A DNA stretch of 55,634 nt from Chiloscyllium plagiosum. Taxonomy: Eukaryota. The notes beneath the pieces were generated by a model that was not told the DNA's origin, searched no databases, and saw only the letters and a list, made by a program, of their open reading frames with translations. Positions 35,150-45,930 of the stretch are shown piece after piece. Numbering within the stretch: position 1 is the stretch's first letter; each line of letters opens with the position of its first letter. The position numbers and the translations under genes were made by a program. The stretch lies in NCBI RefSeq assembly GCF_004010195.1, contig NC_057754.1, positions 12,307,356 through 12,362,989 on the forward strand, given 5' to 3'.

Positions 35150-36230
35150 GGCTATTCTCCCAGTGGATCTGTGCTAACTGAGTGGTGAGGGGGGCAGAGG
35201 GTAACATGATTGCACATTGGCATGAGCAGCAAATCGGATGGCCATGGTTAGCACTATAAGGCTGGCAATAATAGCAATAAGGGCTATCAGTCCCTGCAGT
35301 AGGGCTGTGCCCCATGTCCCCAGCTAAGAGGCTACCCAGTCCCGTAGGTCCCAACGGGCGTTCTGATCATGCAGGACAGAAGCTGCCTGTCGGATATGTT
35401 TGGCCAGGTCTTTGCTGCTTTCACTGGGGTCAGGAATGTAAGTGCGGCAGTTAGCACCAATAATGGCACATGTGCCTGTTTTCGCAGCGAACAGGTAGTC
35501 TAGGGCCATCATGTTCTGCAGAGCCATTGTTCGGATGGCAACATCCTCCACATTCAGCTGGGCGAGTGCGTCTGCTATGGAGTTTGCCATCTCCTCTCAT
35601 GTGGCTGCGAGTTTGTTGGCTTCTGCCTGTAATTGTAGGGTTGCAGAGTGGGGTGACATCAACTAGAGAGCTGCTTTTTCAATGGCAGCAAGGGCTCGTC
35701 TGCTGCGGGTCATGAGTTTTGGGAAGGGAGGGGACTGGGAGTGATAAATGAATATTTCAGCGTACCTGTCATAACAGCTCTCGGTCCAGGATACCAGCAA
35801 CCAGGGGTAGGCTTTGTGGCCATAGATAAAATAGGTGCCGTTGTAGGTCCGGAGATGACGGGTCTGGGTCTAGCCACCACTCTGCCATGTCAGAGATGCT
35901 TAAGGGGATGAGGCTAAGGGAATGCCCCCGTGAGAGTGGACAGGGACCCAAGTGCAGACCCAGCAGCGGGTCTGATTAAATCGCTGGGCATTTTAAAAAA
36001 GGTGTTGGCCCGTAAGTCACGGCGAGTTATGAAATGTGCTGACCCTTGTCCCTTTTTACCAGCACGCCACAGTGTATTAGTCAGTCAGATCATGCCGAGG
36101 GTGCTGATGGTGATGGCTATCGTGAGCAGTTGTATCCATCCTCGGTGGTCAGAGTGGTGTCTTCCTCTGTGTGGTCCGTGGTCATTGGTTGTGGAGCCCT
36201 CTTGCAGCGAGTAGCATGTGTCCATTTGGG
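35150..36230 (-). pseudogene. env: Gamma-type env remnant (signal peptide, shortened SU, TM)
   Basis: Hydrophobic WIQLLTIAITISTLGMI; NQTRCWVC (CXXC); NGTYFIYGHKAYPW; furin site RSRR/AL at about 35695-35707; ISD LQNMMALDYLFA; CAIIGANCR (CX6CC with the last C lost); TM anchor GLIALIAIIASLIVL. Confidence 0.9.
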
Positions 36231-36696
36231 CCGTCCTTCCAGTTTCACAACAGTCCGGGTTGTCTTTAGGATCAGGTAGGGGCCTTTCCACCTACGGGAG
36301 AAAGAATCTTTTTCTAGTGATTTGATCATGACATAGTCCCTGGGTCGGAACGGATGAATGGGCACTGATTGGGGTGTGGGTAACGCGGCCTTGATATGGT
36401 CGTGAGTAGTACTAATGCTCCTGCTGGTGGAATTAGGACACCCTCCTGTCAATCACCAGTTTGATGCCTTCTGCTGCTGCCAGGGATAGTGGGTATTGTC
36501 GTATAGATAGCAGGACGGCTCCTTGTTTCAGTGTGACAATTTGTGATTGGGCAGACTTCACTTGGCCTGCGTGGTCAAGGTGTTGCGCCCACAGTGAGGT
36601 CGGGAGGTCTGCTAGCAATAGGGTGTTCTCGTAGGAGGAGGCAGTGTCGGTGGTTAGCTTGGTGAAATTGGCCCGAGCGTTGCAGGAGCACAGCAC
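36117..36696 (-). pseudogene. pol: pol remnant: RT N-terminus abutting the integrase C-terminus
   Basis: LWAQHLDHAGQVKSA...LKQGA..SIRQYPLSLAAAEGIK (36433-36696), then PFRPRDYVMIK...RWKGPYLILKTT..VKLEGRPKWTHATRCK (36117-36452). Confidence 0.88.
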
Positions 36697-36789
36697 ACAC
36701 AGAACGCCTTCTGCTCAAGTTGGGCAATCTCTACTAGAGGGGTGGGGGTTTGACTGAGAGGTGCGAAGCGGAGGGGGCGCCTCTTTAGT

Positions 36790-37592
36790 CACACCATCAT
36801 GTGGCCGAAATCATTAGGGAACCCCAGGTTCTTAGCAATGAGGGGAATGTATGAAACAGCCATCGGGCAGTTGCAGAACAGTGCAGCCTGTTGCTTGCCG
36901 AGCTGTACCTCTGTTGCTACTCCCTGTGGTCCCACAAAGTACAGGCCAGTGAATGCTAGCGGGGAGGGGAGGGCGAGATGAGGGTCCGCGAGTGCAGCAT
37001 ACGCTGATGTTGGTTCCTGTGGGCCGGAAGCTGGACAGTGGAACTGACAGACAATGTGGCCTGTGAATATAACCCAGCAGAGGAAAGATAAAGTGGGGGG
37101 ATGAAGGGGCCGTTGATAACAGTGAAAGGAGGGGTTCAAGAAGAGTAGGAGTAGGGGTCTCCACAGTTGGGGTTTTATTGCTGCGGTCTTCTGGTGGTGT
37201 TTGGCAATGTCCCGAAATTTTGAAAGACATTGCAACATGTAGACAGTGTCCCATGAGGGATCCCCGTGCCCCCTGTAATGGCCGTGGTCCAGTAATCAAT
37301 TTCATCAATTTTGAAGGACCCCCGATATGGCCAGTTTCCATGGGACTAGGTGCAAAGGTTCCTTGTGAAGGGGATAACGTAACGGCTGTCCCCTGTCTTT
37401 CTGCACAGTGTCTGCCGGTGACCCAGGTGTAACAAGAGCATCTCCTACGTTGTTCTTGCAGTCAACGTATTTACCATGCGGTTTCAGGGTACTCTTGTTC
37501 ATTTTCCCTCGGCCGTTCTCACCACGTGGTTGGGGTTGCGCAGCTCCCACAGCTGGCATCTCCCGGCAGACAGTGGATGTCCATGCCCCCAT
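36790..37592 (-). pseudogene. gag: Probable gag 5' remnant (matrix plus Pro-rich region)
   Basis: gccATGg start giving MGAWTS (MGxxxS); TPGSPADTVQK; a shifted frame gives NWPYRGSFKIDEIDYW (about 37290-37335), like the gammaretroviral MA WPxxGS/TF motif; no capsid motif seen. Confidence 0.55.
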
Positions 37593-37634
37593 GGCCTCCT
37601 GGACGTCTTGGGATGATTTGTCAGTGCTGTAGTA

Positions 37635-37710
37635 GGGTTCGAAGGGTAAAAAAAGAGATAGAGAGCTAACAGGGGTTCGAAGGGTAAAAAAAGAGATAGA
37701 GAGCTAACAG
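37635..37710 (+). repeat. 38-bp tandem duplication forming the polypyrimidine tract of a minus-strand splice acceptor
   Basis: gggttcgaagggtaaaaaaagagatagagagctaacag present twice; on minus it is followed by tactacAG| at 37627. Confidence 0.85.
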
Positions 37711-38179
37711 AACACAGTCAGTGAGTGATTGACAGGCTAGGCAATAAAAGTTACTCAAGCGTGTAATCGCTGACCACAAAGTAAACAAACACTTCCACGC
37801 TGAACAAATACAGCCAAATGGGGCATCTGAAATTGACAAAGCAGCACTCAGTAAGCGCAGAACAAGCAGACACATCGAAACAAACACTTAGAAACCACAG
37901 GACAGGACAACACAGCTGGGCCCAAGTCAATTTGTTCCAGTTACGGATCTATCAGTAGTAAAGCGAGAATTTGATGAGCGGTCTCTCAACGTATTGTGCC
38001 TAGCTTTCTCTGCCCGACCGTCTTTCTCCTGGCGAGAGCAGGTTCTTGGCAGTAGTTCTGACTCAAGGTGAATCGCGCGTGGGACAAATTAAGGTTTGTT
38101 GTAAAATTTCAGGTAATTAATTTAGCACAGGTGACGACTTCCACAAGCCGAGACAACGTTGTTTAGTACCGAATTACCG

Positions 38180-38460
38180 ACTGCCAGTTAACTTACTTTC
38201 CCACCAGACGACCTCCTCAGGCCCAGACGTAGCAGCTTAAAAGTCAGTTAACAATTTAGGAGCCACATGCTCAACTCCACAGGCCAGAGTCATTACTCAT
38301 ATTCCAAATTGTAGCAGCAGCCGGCTGCCAGTTAGTTAAATTTGAAAATTAATTTAGTTGCTTACCAGACTACCTCCTCGGGCCAAGTTCCGGCAGCAAT
38401 TTAGGAGCCAAATGCTCACCTCCCCAGTTCAGGGTCATTACTCAATTTCAGAATTAGAGT
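38180..38460 (+). repeat. Imperfect ~140-bp direct duplication in the ERV leader
   Basis: ctgccagtta...accagac.acctcctc.ggcc...caatttaggagcca.atgctca...gtcattactca present twice. Confidence 0.75.
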
Positions 38461-38639
38461 AGGTGAAGCCAATTTTACAAAGGCACTTAGGTTTATGATA
38501 GTTCAGGCAAGGTCGATAAAGAGCACCTAGTCCAATTAACGGACAATAAAAGTACTAGAGACTCAGATTTTTAGGAATTGGGCAAGAGTTAATGCAAGAA
38601 TGCAGAATTCATTTTATGTTCCTATTATTTTACTCAATA

Positions 38640-38900
38640 CTGACATTCAAAGGCCAATGAAATCCAGTGCTGAATGAATATTGAATAAATTGACTCTAAG
38701 CAATCTTTTTCTGTTTATTGGTTTGATTTTCCCATCTGTAAATCGTCTTCGTACATGCTGTATACCAAGTTTACAAACGTCGTCTGTCAGTTTGGGATAG
38801 AAATTGAGAATAATCAAAATACTTCTGTCATTTGGAGTTTCTGTGTGTAATTCGACCCGTCCTCCCTCCCTGTAAAAGGAGTTTACAAGCCTCAACCCTA
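38640..38900 (-). other. Probable 5' exon(s) of a ZNF gene
   Basis: acag-ending acceptor-like sites and spaced motifs (gatttaca...aaaccaa...gagtc...cctttgaa) resemble the ZNF exon start at 31175-31080. Confidence 0.45.
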
Positions 38901-38929
38901 TCAGTCCAGGAGAGACATTCACAACGTTC

Positions 38930-39290
38930 TCGGCCCGAGAACAGGATTACTGCACATGCGCCCTGCTGCCCTTTGCACCAACAAAGATAGCGACCGTTCC
39001 GCAAGACCTGTTATTGAGAGGGAGCCTCGAGTGACCACGTTTGTGAAGGGGGGAGTGGTAATTCCTTTATACTGGATCTATCGCATCCACATAGCCACCC
39101 AATCTATTGTCTCTTCTCTCCACTGCAATTTTGTCTTTTGTGGAGCTGAGGAAACGAGGGACAGCTGCTCAGGAACGCTTCGGCTGTGCAGGCACAAAGT
39201 TGTGGGCATGAGCGGATAATGCGCATGCGCAGTGATAAGAAATTTTGCACAGTCGGGGACACTGAGCAGCGCCCAGAATTCTGGGTTAAT
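38930..39290. promoter_or_regulatory. Putative promoter with NRF1 motifs
   Basis: Perfect palindrome TGCGCATGCGCA at 39220-39231 and a variant TGCACATGCGC at 38951-38961, in a locally CpG-richer stretch I could not assign to a repeat. Confidence 0.55.
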
Positions 39291-39504
39291 CTGGCCACTT
39301 TGTAGATTTTGATTTTTTTCTTGTTTTTGTGAGTACAAACAATCTCTCTATTTATGTCCCCAAGGACAACTAACATGTACAATACATAGAATAGAGAATG
39401 AACATTTCCTTGTGTGACCCAGCGTTAAAATAAAGTCTGACACTGAACGACCCTTTAAAGGCTAAAGACACAGGTCATACTCGTTCTGAACCATATAGCT
39501 TTCT

Positions 39505-39750
39505 TCATAAAATCCCTGCAGTGTGGAAACAGGCCATTCTGCTGAGTCGGTCCACACAGAACGCTTGTAAAGCCTTACACTAAGACCCATTCCCCACTCT
39601 ATCCCTGTAGAGTCCCATTTCATCCCTGAAAAATATGGGCAGTTCAGCATGACCAATCCAACCAACTTGTATATGTTTGGACTATGGAAGAAAACTGGAG
39701 CAGCCACCGACAATTCGTGCAGACACTGGGAGAATGTGCAAACTCCAAAT
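39505..39750 (-). mobile_element. HE1-type SINE, 5'-truncated
   Basis: aatccctgcagtgtggaaacaggccattc...ggagaatgtgcaaactcc. Confidence 0.75.
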
Positions 39751-40559
39751 AGTTAAAAAGTGACAACTGGTGGTGGTTTAACATGAGGTACACCATATCC
39801 CTTATGATGGAAAGCTGAATAAGGAAGTCATTAGCGGTAACTTCAAATGGTCTGAGATTTAAACACAAACTCTTGGTATCATGACAAAACTGGTAAATGG
39901 CTCCAAGAAAGAGTTTGGCTTTCAGAACTGTTTTAAAGGAGGAATATGTAGAATTCCTGTTCCAGCAAACACTGTTGTTTCCCGTCATTGTTTGAAAGAG
40001 TTAGTTTCATTCCCTTGAAACCTTCAAGACATTAAATAGCTCATTAGATAAGCACTTGAAGTTTCAGAGCACACCAGGCAAAGCATTAGAAATTGGTCTC
40101 AGAAGTGAGATGTTAGATGACTGATGCTGATCTAATGGGCTGGAGGTCCTCTCTTCATGCTGTTAAAACCACAGTGAGTCTATCATTTTGCAACTTAACA
40201 TAAAGTAAAAAACAGCGTCAAGAAGGAAAGTTGCAAGTATTGCATGAGGCTTCCTCAATGTTTCGTAGCTGGAATTCAGTCAACTGCCATTTGCTGGGGT
40301 GATTTCGAATCAGGGAATGAGGATTGTTTATTCCTTACAAAATGCTAAAATGAACATGAAGTCCTGACACTAAAATAAGCAAACAGTACACGTCTATCAG
40401 AGACAGTGAGAGTTTCACTTAGGAAATGGAAGAAAATGAGAAGAAGCACTGATAGATACCGCCTTTAAATGTAAAGTCACAATACGACAAAAAAAACTTG
40501 CTCCTTATTCAACCTTACAGGGTTTCTTTTTGTCCACTTAACTATTCGAATGCACAACG

Positions 40560-40870
40560 GTGGCTTCCTTTCTAGGACAGTCTCGGACGAGAGTGCTTCA
40601 TATCAGAATGGAGGTTGCACATTTAAGATAAAGATGAGGAAGAATGTATTCCCTCAGAGAGTTGAGAATCTGTGGAAATGTTTTTTCAGCAGTGGGGCAG
40701 TTGCGGCTGAGTCATGAATTATATCCGAGGTTGAGAGCGACAAATCTTTTATCGGTAAGACATTACAGGCAAGAAAGAGCAGCTCAGGATTATGAGATCA
40801 GATATGAACTCGTTTAATGGCAGAGCAGACTTAATAGTCTGAATGGTCTCCTTATGTTCCGAAAATTGAT
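40560..40870 (+). mobile_element. CR1-family 3' end fragment
   Basis: agatgaggaagaatgtattccctcagagagttgagaatctgtggaa...aatggcagagcagacttaatagtctgaatgg. Confidence 0.55.
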
Positions 40871-40938
40871 GCTTCACTCCAATGGTAACAATTTATGAAG
40901 CGGTGATGTCAGCGAAAAAAAACTACTTTTGCCCTAAT

Positions 40939-42603
40939 TGTCACAATGCTAGTCCCTTATTATCTCGAAAAGCTGATCCTTGGCACAAGGAGAGTCTGTC
41001 CTTGATTTTTATTTTCAGATGGGCAATAAACCGATCCAGATTCTGATCGATCTGGTTGGTAAGAGATGAAAAGGATCTTGAGCGGTCTGTTGATTATATG
41101 TAAACATATAGGATTTCAGGCAGAAATGGTCATGCTTTAGAAGTTACCTGTTTCAAAAGAAGGACATAGTCAGCTCTCCAGCTGGCTGAGCTGAGGAGTT
41201 TTAGTTTAGGCTTGAACAGGGAGGTTGAACAGGGAGCTGTGTGGAAACTGTCTCTCTTTTTTATCCTTCAACTTCAACCTACAAACATGTGTTGCATTTA
41301 TACTGGTTTCTAAAGGGTGTTTGCGTATTTGGACTGTTGAGTGTATTCAGAACAGCATAATTAAGTCTAGCTGGATAGGTTGAGTTCTGTAGGGGGTTCT
41401 TCTAATGTTCTGTGTTACACTGTGTAATATTGTGAATAGCCTTTTTGTCTTTTTTAAAATCTAGTCATAAACTTAGCTATCTTACTCCCGGTAATTTTCA
41501 CTGTACACTTGCCAAAACAAATTGCAAAGTTAGGTCGAGAGCTGCCTGCTCAAGAATGGTTTGAGTGGTCTGGCCTATTCCATAAGACACTGGGGGATCT
41601 ACGGGATTTTAAACAGAGAGTGATAGGTGCTAGTGTCTTTATTTCGAGTATTGGTTTGGTTAGGTGGACAAACCTTGGGATAGTAATGGCTCTTTCAGTC
41701 TCCATAAGTTTTATGGAGGTTTTGCAAAAAGTGAATAAGACCTTGTTGCAAGAGTTAACACAGAAGCTGGAATTGGAACTGTTTGTTTCGGTGAGGAAAA
41801 GAAAGGTAATTACAGCAGTAGGTCAGCATTTTGAAATTGCTGGAGAAACCATCAGAATCTATACAGTTGGCCAGCAAATGAAGTAGCTTGAGTTAGAGGC
41901 GTGAAATAAGGAAATGGCAGCAGAAATGAAACAGTTTGAGTTATGATTAGAAGCAGAAGAGAGGGCAAAAGAGAGAGCAGCAAAATAGAAAGAAAAAGAG
42001 AGAGCTTTTGAACTTCAAAAACTGATACTGAATATGTCATCGTAAAATGCCAGAGATAAAGGCTGATGGTAGGCTGAGTGAGGAAGAGCGTTAAGATGAG
42101 GAAACCCTTGGTAGTCAGAAGCCTAGTGAGAAACTGTTTAAGTATGTTCAGACATTGCCTAAATTTGAAGAGAATGATGTGGAAGTCTTTTTCATCTCAT
42201 TTGAAAAAGTGGCTAAACTAATTCAGTGGCCAATCGCAATGTGGGATTTATTGATCCAAACGAAACTTGTAGGTAGGCCGAGTGATATATTCGCATCCCT
42301 ATCAGAAGAGGCTTCTGGGGAGTATGAGGAGGTGAAAAAAAATCAAGTGCGTATGAGCTTGTACCAGAATCCTATAGACAACGGAACAGGAATCTAAGTA
42401 GGCACTCTGGTCAAACATATATTGAGTTTGCAATGATCAAATAGAGTAATTTCGATAGATGGATAAGAGTTTTAGAAATCGAGCAAACCATGATGCCCTT
42501 AGAGAGGTAATTATTTTGGAGGAATTCAAAAATTCACTGCCTGAAGTAATGCGAACTCGTGTGGAAGAGCAGAGGGTTTAAACATTAAGGTTAGCAGCTG
42601 AAC
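40939..42603 (+). mobile_element. Gmr1-like Gypsy copy 3 (different LTR family): 5' LTR, PBS and gag, truncated after the SCAN-like region
   Basis: LTR TGTCACAA...about 41589; PBS TGGGGGATCTACGGGATTT at 41591; gag MALSVS at 41686; PKFEENDVEVFFISFEKVAKLIQWP; LREVIILEEFKNSLPEVMRTRVEEQ. Confidence 0.85.
41591..41609 (+). promoter_or_regulatory. Degenerate tRNA-Pro PBS
   Basis: TGGGGGATCTACGGGATTT versus TGGGGGCTCGTCCGGGATTT. Confidence 0.65.
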
Positions 42604-42604
42604 T

Positions 42605-42718
42605 GTGGACTGCAGCGATTCAAGAAGGGAGCTCACCACCTACTTCTCAGGATCAATTCGGGATGGGCTGTCAATGCTGCCAGCTAGCTACGCTCCAGTC
42701 CCACAAATGTATAAAAAA
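42605..42718 (+). mobile_element. L2-type LINE/SINE 3' tail
   Basis: ggactgcagcgattcaagaagggagctcaccacctacttctcagg...gggatgggc...aatgctg followed by an A-rich end. Confidence 0.55.
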
Positions 42719-42719
42719 G

Positions 42720-42990
42720 TCTATATTCCTCAGTATTTTGTATATCTCAATCATGTCTTCCCACAACCTCTTCTACTCCAACAAAAACAGTCCCAGTCTG
42801 TCCAACCTCTCTTCATAACTCATACTCTTCAACCCAAGCTGTACCTTAGTAAATCTCTTCTGCACCATTCCCAGTGCCATCACTTCCCTAATATAATGTG
42901 AATTACAGAACTGCACACAATTCTCGAGCAAGAGCCGAATGAACAAATGAATTAAAGGAAGTTTAATGTCACAGAAACTGGTCTTTTCCA
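42720..42990 (-). mobile_element. CR1 fragment
   Basis: LLENCVQF...VQKRFTK...SYEERLDRLGLFLLE. Confidence 0.7.
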
Positions 42991-43494
42991 ATAAAGTAAT
43001 TTTTGCTCAACATTGAGCTGATTCCTTTTCGTGTGCCTGATTTTCCAATAACCTTTGGTCCATGCCAGTAAAAGCTGCTACATGAGGATTGAAATCACAA
43101 CCACGGCATCTGAATGGATAAACTAATTTGGAGGTCCCGATGTTGGTATTGGGACATGCTGACTCTCGAGCCTCACTTTACATAAGTAAGCACTTTTTGT
43201 CTTATCATGAATTCCTGTTGCCAGTACCTTCTGTGGCAGTAGTCCCTCAGGAGTGCATATCTCGTCAGCCCGCAGCATTACAGACTGAGAGGATCCTGCA
43301 ATTCTTAATAACAGAAACGTTCACAGTTGAAATAACCAGCAAAGACATTCACCGTCACTGCTTCATTCCAATGGTCCCCAGTTTGTGAAGCAGCAAATTT
43401 TGTAAAGAAAACACATTTTTCCTCATGAAGCCTCCATTCACCCTATGATTAATCAGCCATTCAATGTGATCACCGCTGATCTGATAATTTTCAA

Positions 43495-43665
43495 TTCCAC
43501 TTGGATGACTGTCTGTGAGAAGGTTGCATATTCTCCTCGTTTCTACATGGGTTTCCGCCGGGTGCTCCCGTTTCCTCCCACAATCCAAGAATCTGCACAC
43601 TCGATGAACTGGCTGTACTAAATTTCCCATAGTGTTCAGGGATGTGGAACAAATCAGCCACGATG
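43495..43665 (-). mobile_element. Degenerate HE1-like SINE body (orientation uncertain; body motifs read on +)
   Basis: gactgtctgtgagaaggttgcatattctcc...gggtttccgccgggtgctcc...tttcctccca. Confidence 0.4.
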
Positions 43666-43799
43666 TCCTTACGTTCTAGAACAGGTTCAAGGGGCTCAGA
43701 GACCACATTCTGTTCCAATTGTCTTGTGTTCCAATTTGCAATGGCACGAAGTCACTTATTGTAACTAAGCAAAAGAGAAGATAAGAGTAGATATGTAAC

Positions 43800-44220
43800 A
43801 GTTATGCTCTCCATGTATAAGAACGGGTACATTTACAGTTCACTTTGATTGCCATCACATCCACAAACATTCACTGCCTCCACCATCAACTCTCAAAAGA
43901 AGCAGTGTTCACCAGCTAAAAATTACATTGTAGAAATTTCAAAAGAGTATCTGACAGTAGCTTACAAGCTATGCACTTCTGACGTGTCAAGGGCAACAGG
44001 TCCATGGAAATACCACAACCTGCAAGTTAAATTTAAAGCCAACGACTTGGAAATGCATCATTGTTTCACGAGCATTACTTGATGAAAATCCTGGTTTTCA
44101 TTCCCTTATATTATTGTTTGTGTACATGCACGAAACCGCTTGCAACAAGTAGGGACAAAGCACTACCTAACGTAAGGGCAATAAATGATGGCCAAGCCAG
44201 CTTTATCTAATAGCTATGAA
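43800..44220 (+). mobile_element. L2-like LINE 3' fragment
   Basis: aagggcaacaggtccatggaaataccacaacctgcaagtt...aagggcaataaatgatggcc. Confidence 0.5.
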
Positions 44221-44339
44221 TTAATAATAAACTGAGGTTGCACTATTTGGTTCGCGTGTTTCAATTTCCTGAGTTTCTGAATAAATTTGTGTATCATCAT
44301 GAGTTTCAGGAAGTGGAGAAGGGATTTCGAAGAACATAA

Positions 44340-45400
44340 AGCGTAGAATAGAGAATGTTACAGCACAGTAGATGGCCCTTAGTGTTGCGCCAACCTGTGA
44401 AATTAATCTGATGCCCATCTGACCTACACCATTCCATTATCATCCATATGTATGTCCAATGTCCATTTAAATGCCCTTAAGGTCGGATAGTCTACTACCT
44501 TTGCAGGCAGGCAATTCCACGTCCCCAATACTCTCAGCATAAAGACGCAACTCCGATATCTGTCCTAAATATATCACCCTTCAATTTAAAGCGGCGTCTT
44601 CTCGTGTTAGCCTTCACCATTCGAGGAAAAAGGCTCTCACTTTCCACCCTATCTAACCCTCTAAATATCTTATATGTCTCGATTAACTCAACTCTCAACC
44701 TTTTTCTCTCCAATGAGGCCTTTCCTCGTAAGACCTTCCTTCCATCCCAGGAAACATCCTAATAAATCTCCTCTGAAGTCTTTCTAAAGCTTCCTCATCT
44801 TTCCTATAATGTGGTGACCAGAACTGCACCCAATACGTCAGGTGCTGCCTTACCAATGTCATGTACTGCTGAAGCATGACCTCGTGGCTCCGAAACTCAA
44901 TCCACCTAATAAATCGATCCAAAGGGTGGCAACTTTCCGGGATTTGAGCACCTGGACACCGAGCTGTCTCTGTTCATCTATGCTGCCAAGAGTTTTGCCA
45001 TTCGCCCAGTACTCTGCATTCCTGTTACTTCTTCCGAAGAGCACTACCTAACACTTTAAAGCATTATATAACATTTGCCACTTCTCAGCCTAGCTCTGCA
45101 TGTTATCTATGTCTCTCTGTAACCCACAATATCCTTCGGCACTATCCACAACTCTGCCTACCTTCGTGTCATCCGCAAATTTACCAATCCATCCTTATAC
45201 TCCCAGATCCAGATCATTTATAAAAACGACAAACAGCAGTGGCCACAAAACAGATGTATGCTGCACACCACTGGTAACTGAGCTCCAGGATGAACAATTC
45301 CCATCAACGATCACCCTCTGTCTTCTTTCTGCGAGCAAATTTCTGATCCAAACCGCTCAATCACCTTCAATCCCGAGACTCTGTATTTTGTGCAATAGAA
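44340..45400 (-). mobile_element. 5'-truncated CR1 LINE
   Basis: LVRQHLTYWVQFWSPHYRKD (44695-44922); FADD region near 45170; CR1 3' tail near 44345. Confidence 0.85.
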
Positions 45401-45699
45401 ATGAACTGTAAACGATTCTGAATGACAGGGACTTGATCGGGTAGATGCAGAGAAATTATGTCTGTGGATTTGAGGGTCCAAAGTACGGTGAAGGAATCTC
45501 AGCAAAAGGACAACTTCCTTGAGACTAAGATGATGAGAAAACACTTCATTCAAATGGTGTCAGTTTGTTTAGTATTCACGATCCCCCAAGAATTGTGGAT
45601 GCACTGTAACTGAATACAATGAATAAATACAACATATATGGAGTAGTTTTTCACAGAAGGAGATTACGGTGATAGAGAGGCTGCAACAGATGGGGGTTG

Positions 45700-45930
45700 T
45701 TGATGTCAAGAAAAATCCATTTGATGCACTCACGTCCTTTATGGAGGAAATCAGCCATACACACCTGGTGTGGACATTGTAGTGGGACTCCATGCCCACA
45801 CTAATGTGGTTGCTTCTCAACTGCCAAATGGAAAAAAAAACTTAGCAAGCAACTCAGTTCAAGGTTAGCTAGGGTGGGTAAGAGATGCTGACCGGCCAGA
45901 AAAACCCATATCTCAAGAGCGAATTTAAAG
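45700..45930 (+). mobile_element. Degenerate SINE with L2-like tail
   Basis: ggaggaaatcagccat...gactccatgcccacactaatgtggttg...tagcaagcaactcagttcaagg. Confidence 0.45.

Larger units (their letters stand above)
34405..38600 (-). mobile_element. Defective class I (gamma/epsilon-like) endogenous retrovirus
   Basis: Leader, gag-MA remnant, RT N-terminus, IN C-terminus, gamma-type env, PPT and 3' LTR in retroviral order. The 5' boundary is uncertain and no 5' LTR is seen. Confidence 0.88.

Noticed and set aside
35324..35590. Functional syncytin-like env
   Set aside because: In-frame stops on both sides, frameshifted and shortened SU, and a broken CX6CC motif.
38900..39460. Candidate 5' LTR of the ERV
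   Set aside because: No visible similarity to 34405-35003, no TGTTGGA/TCCGACA termini and no PBS.
40939..42603. SCAN exon spliced to the ZNF array
   Set aside because: It lies on the opposite strand to the ZNF pseudogene, and the gag frame is disrupted.
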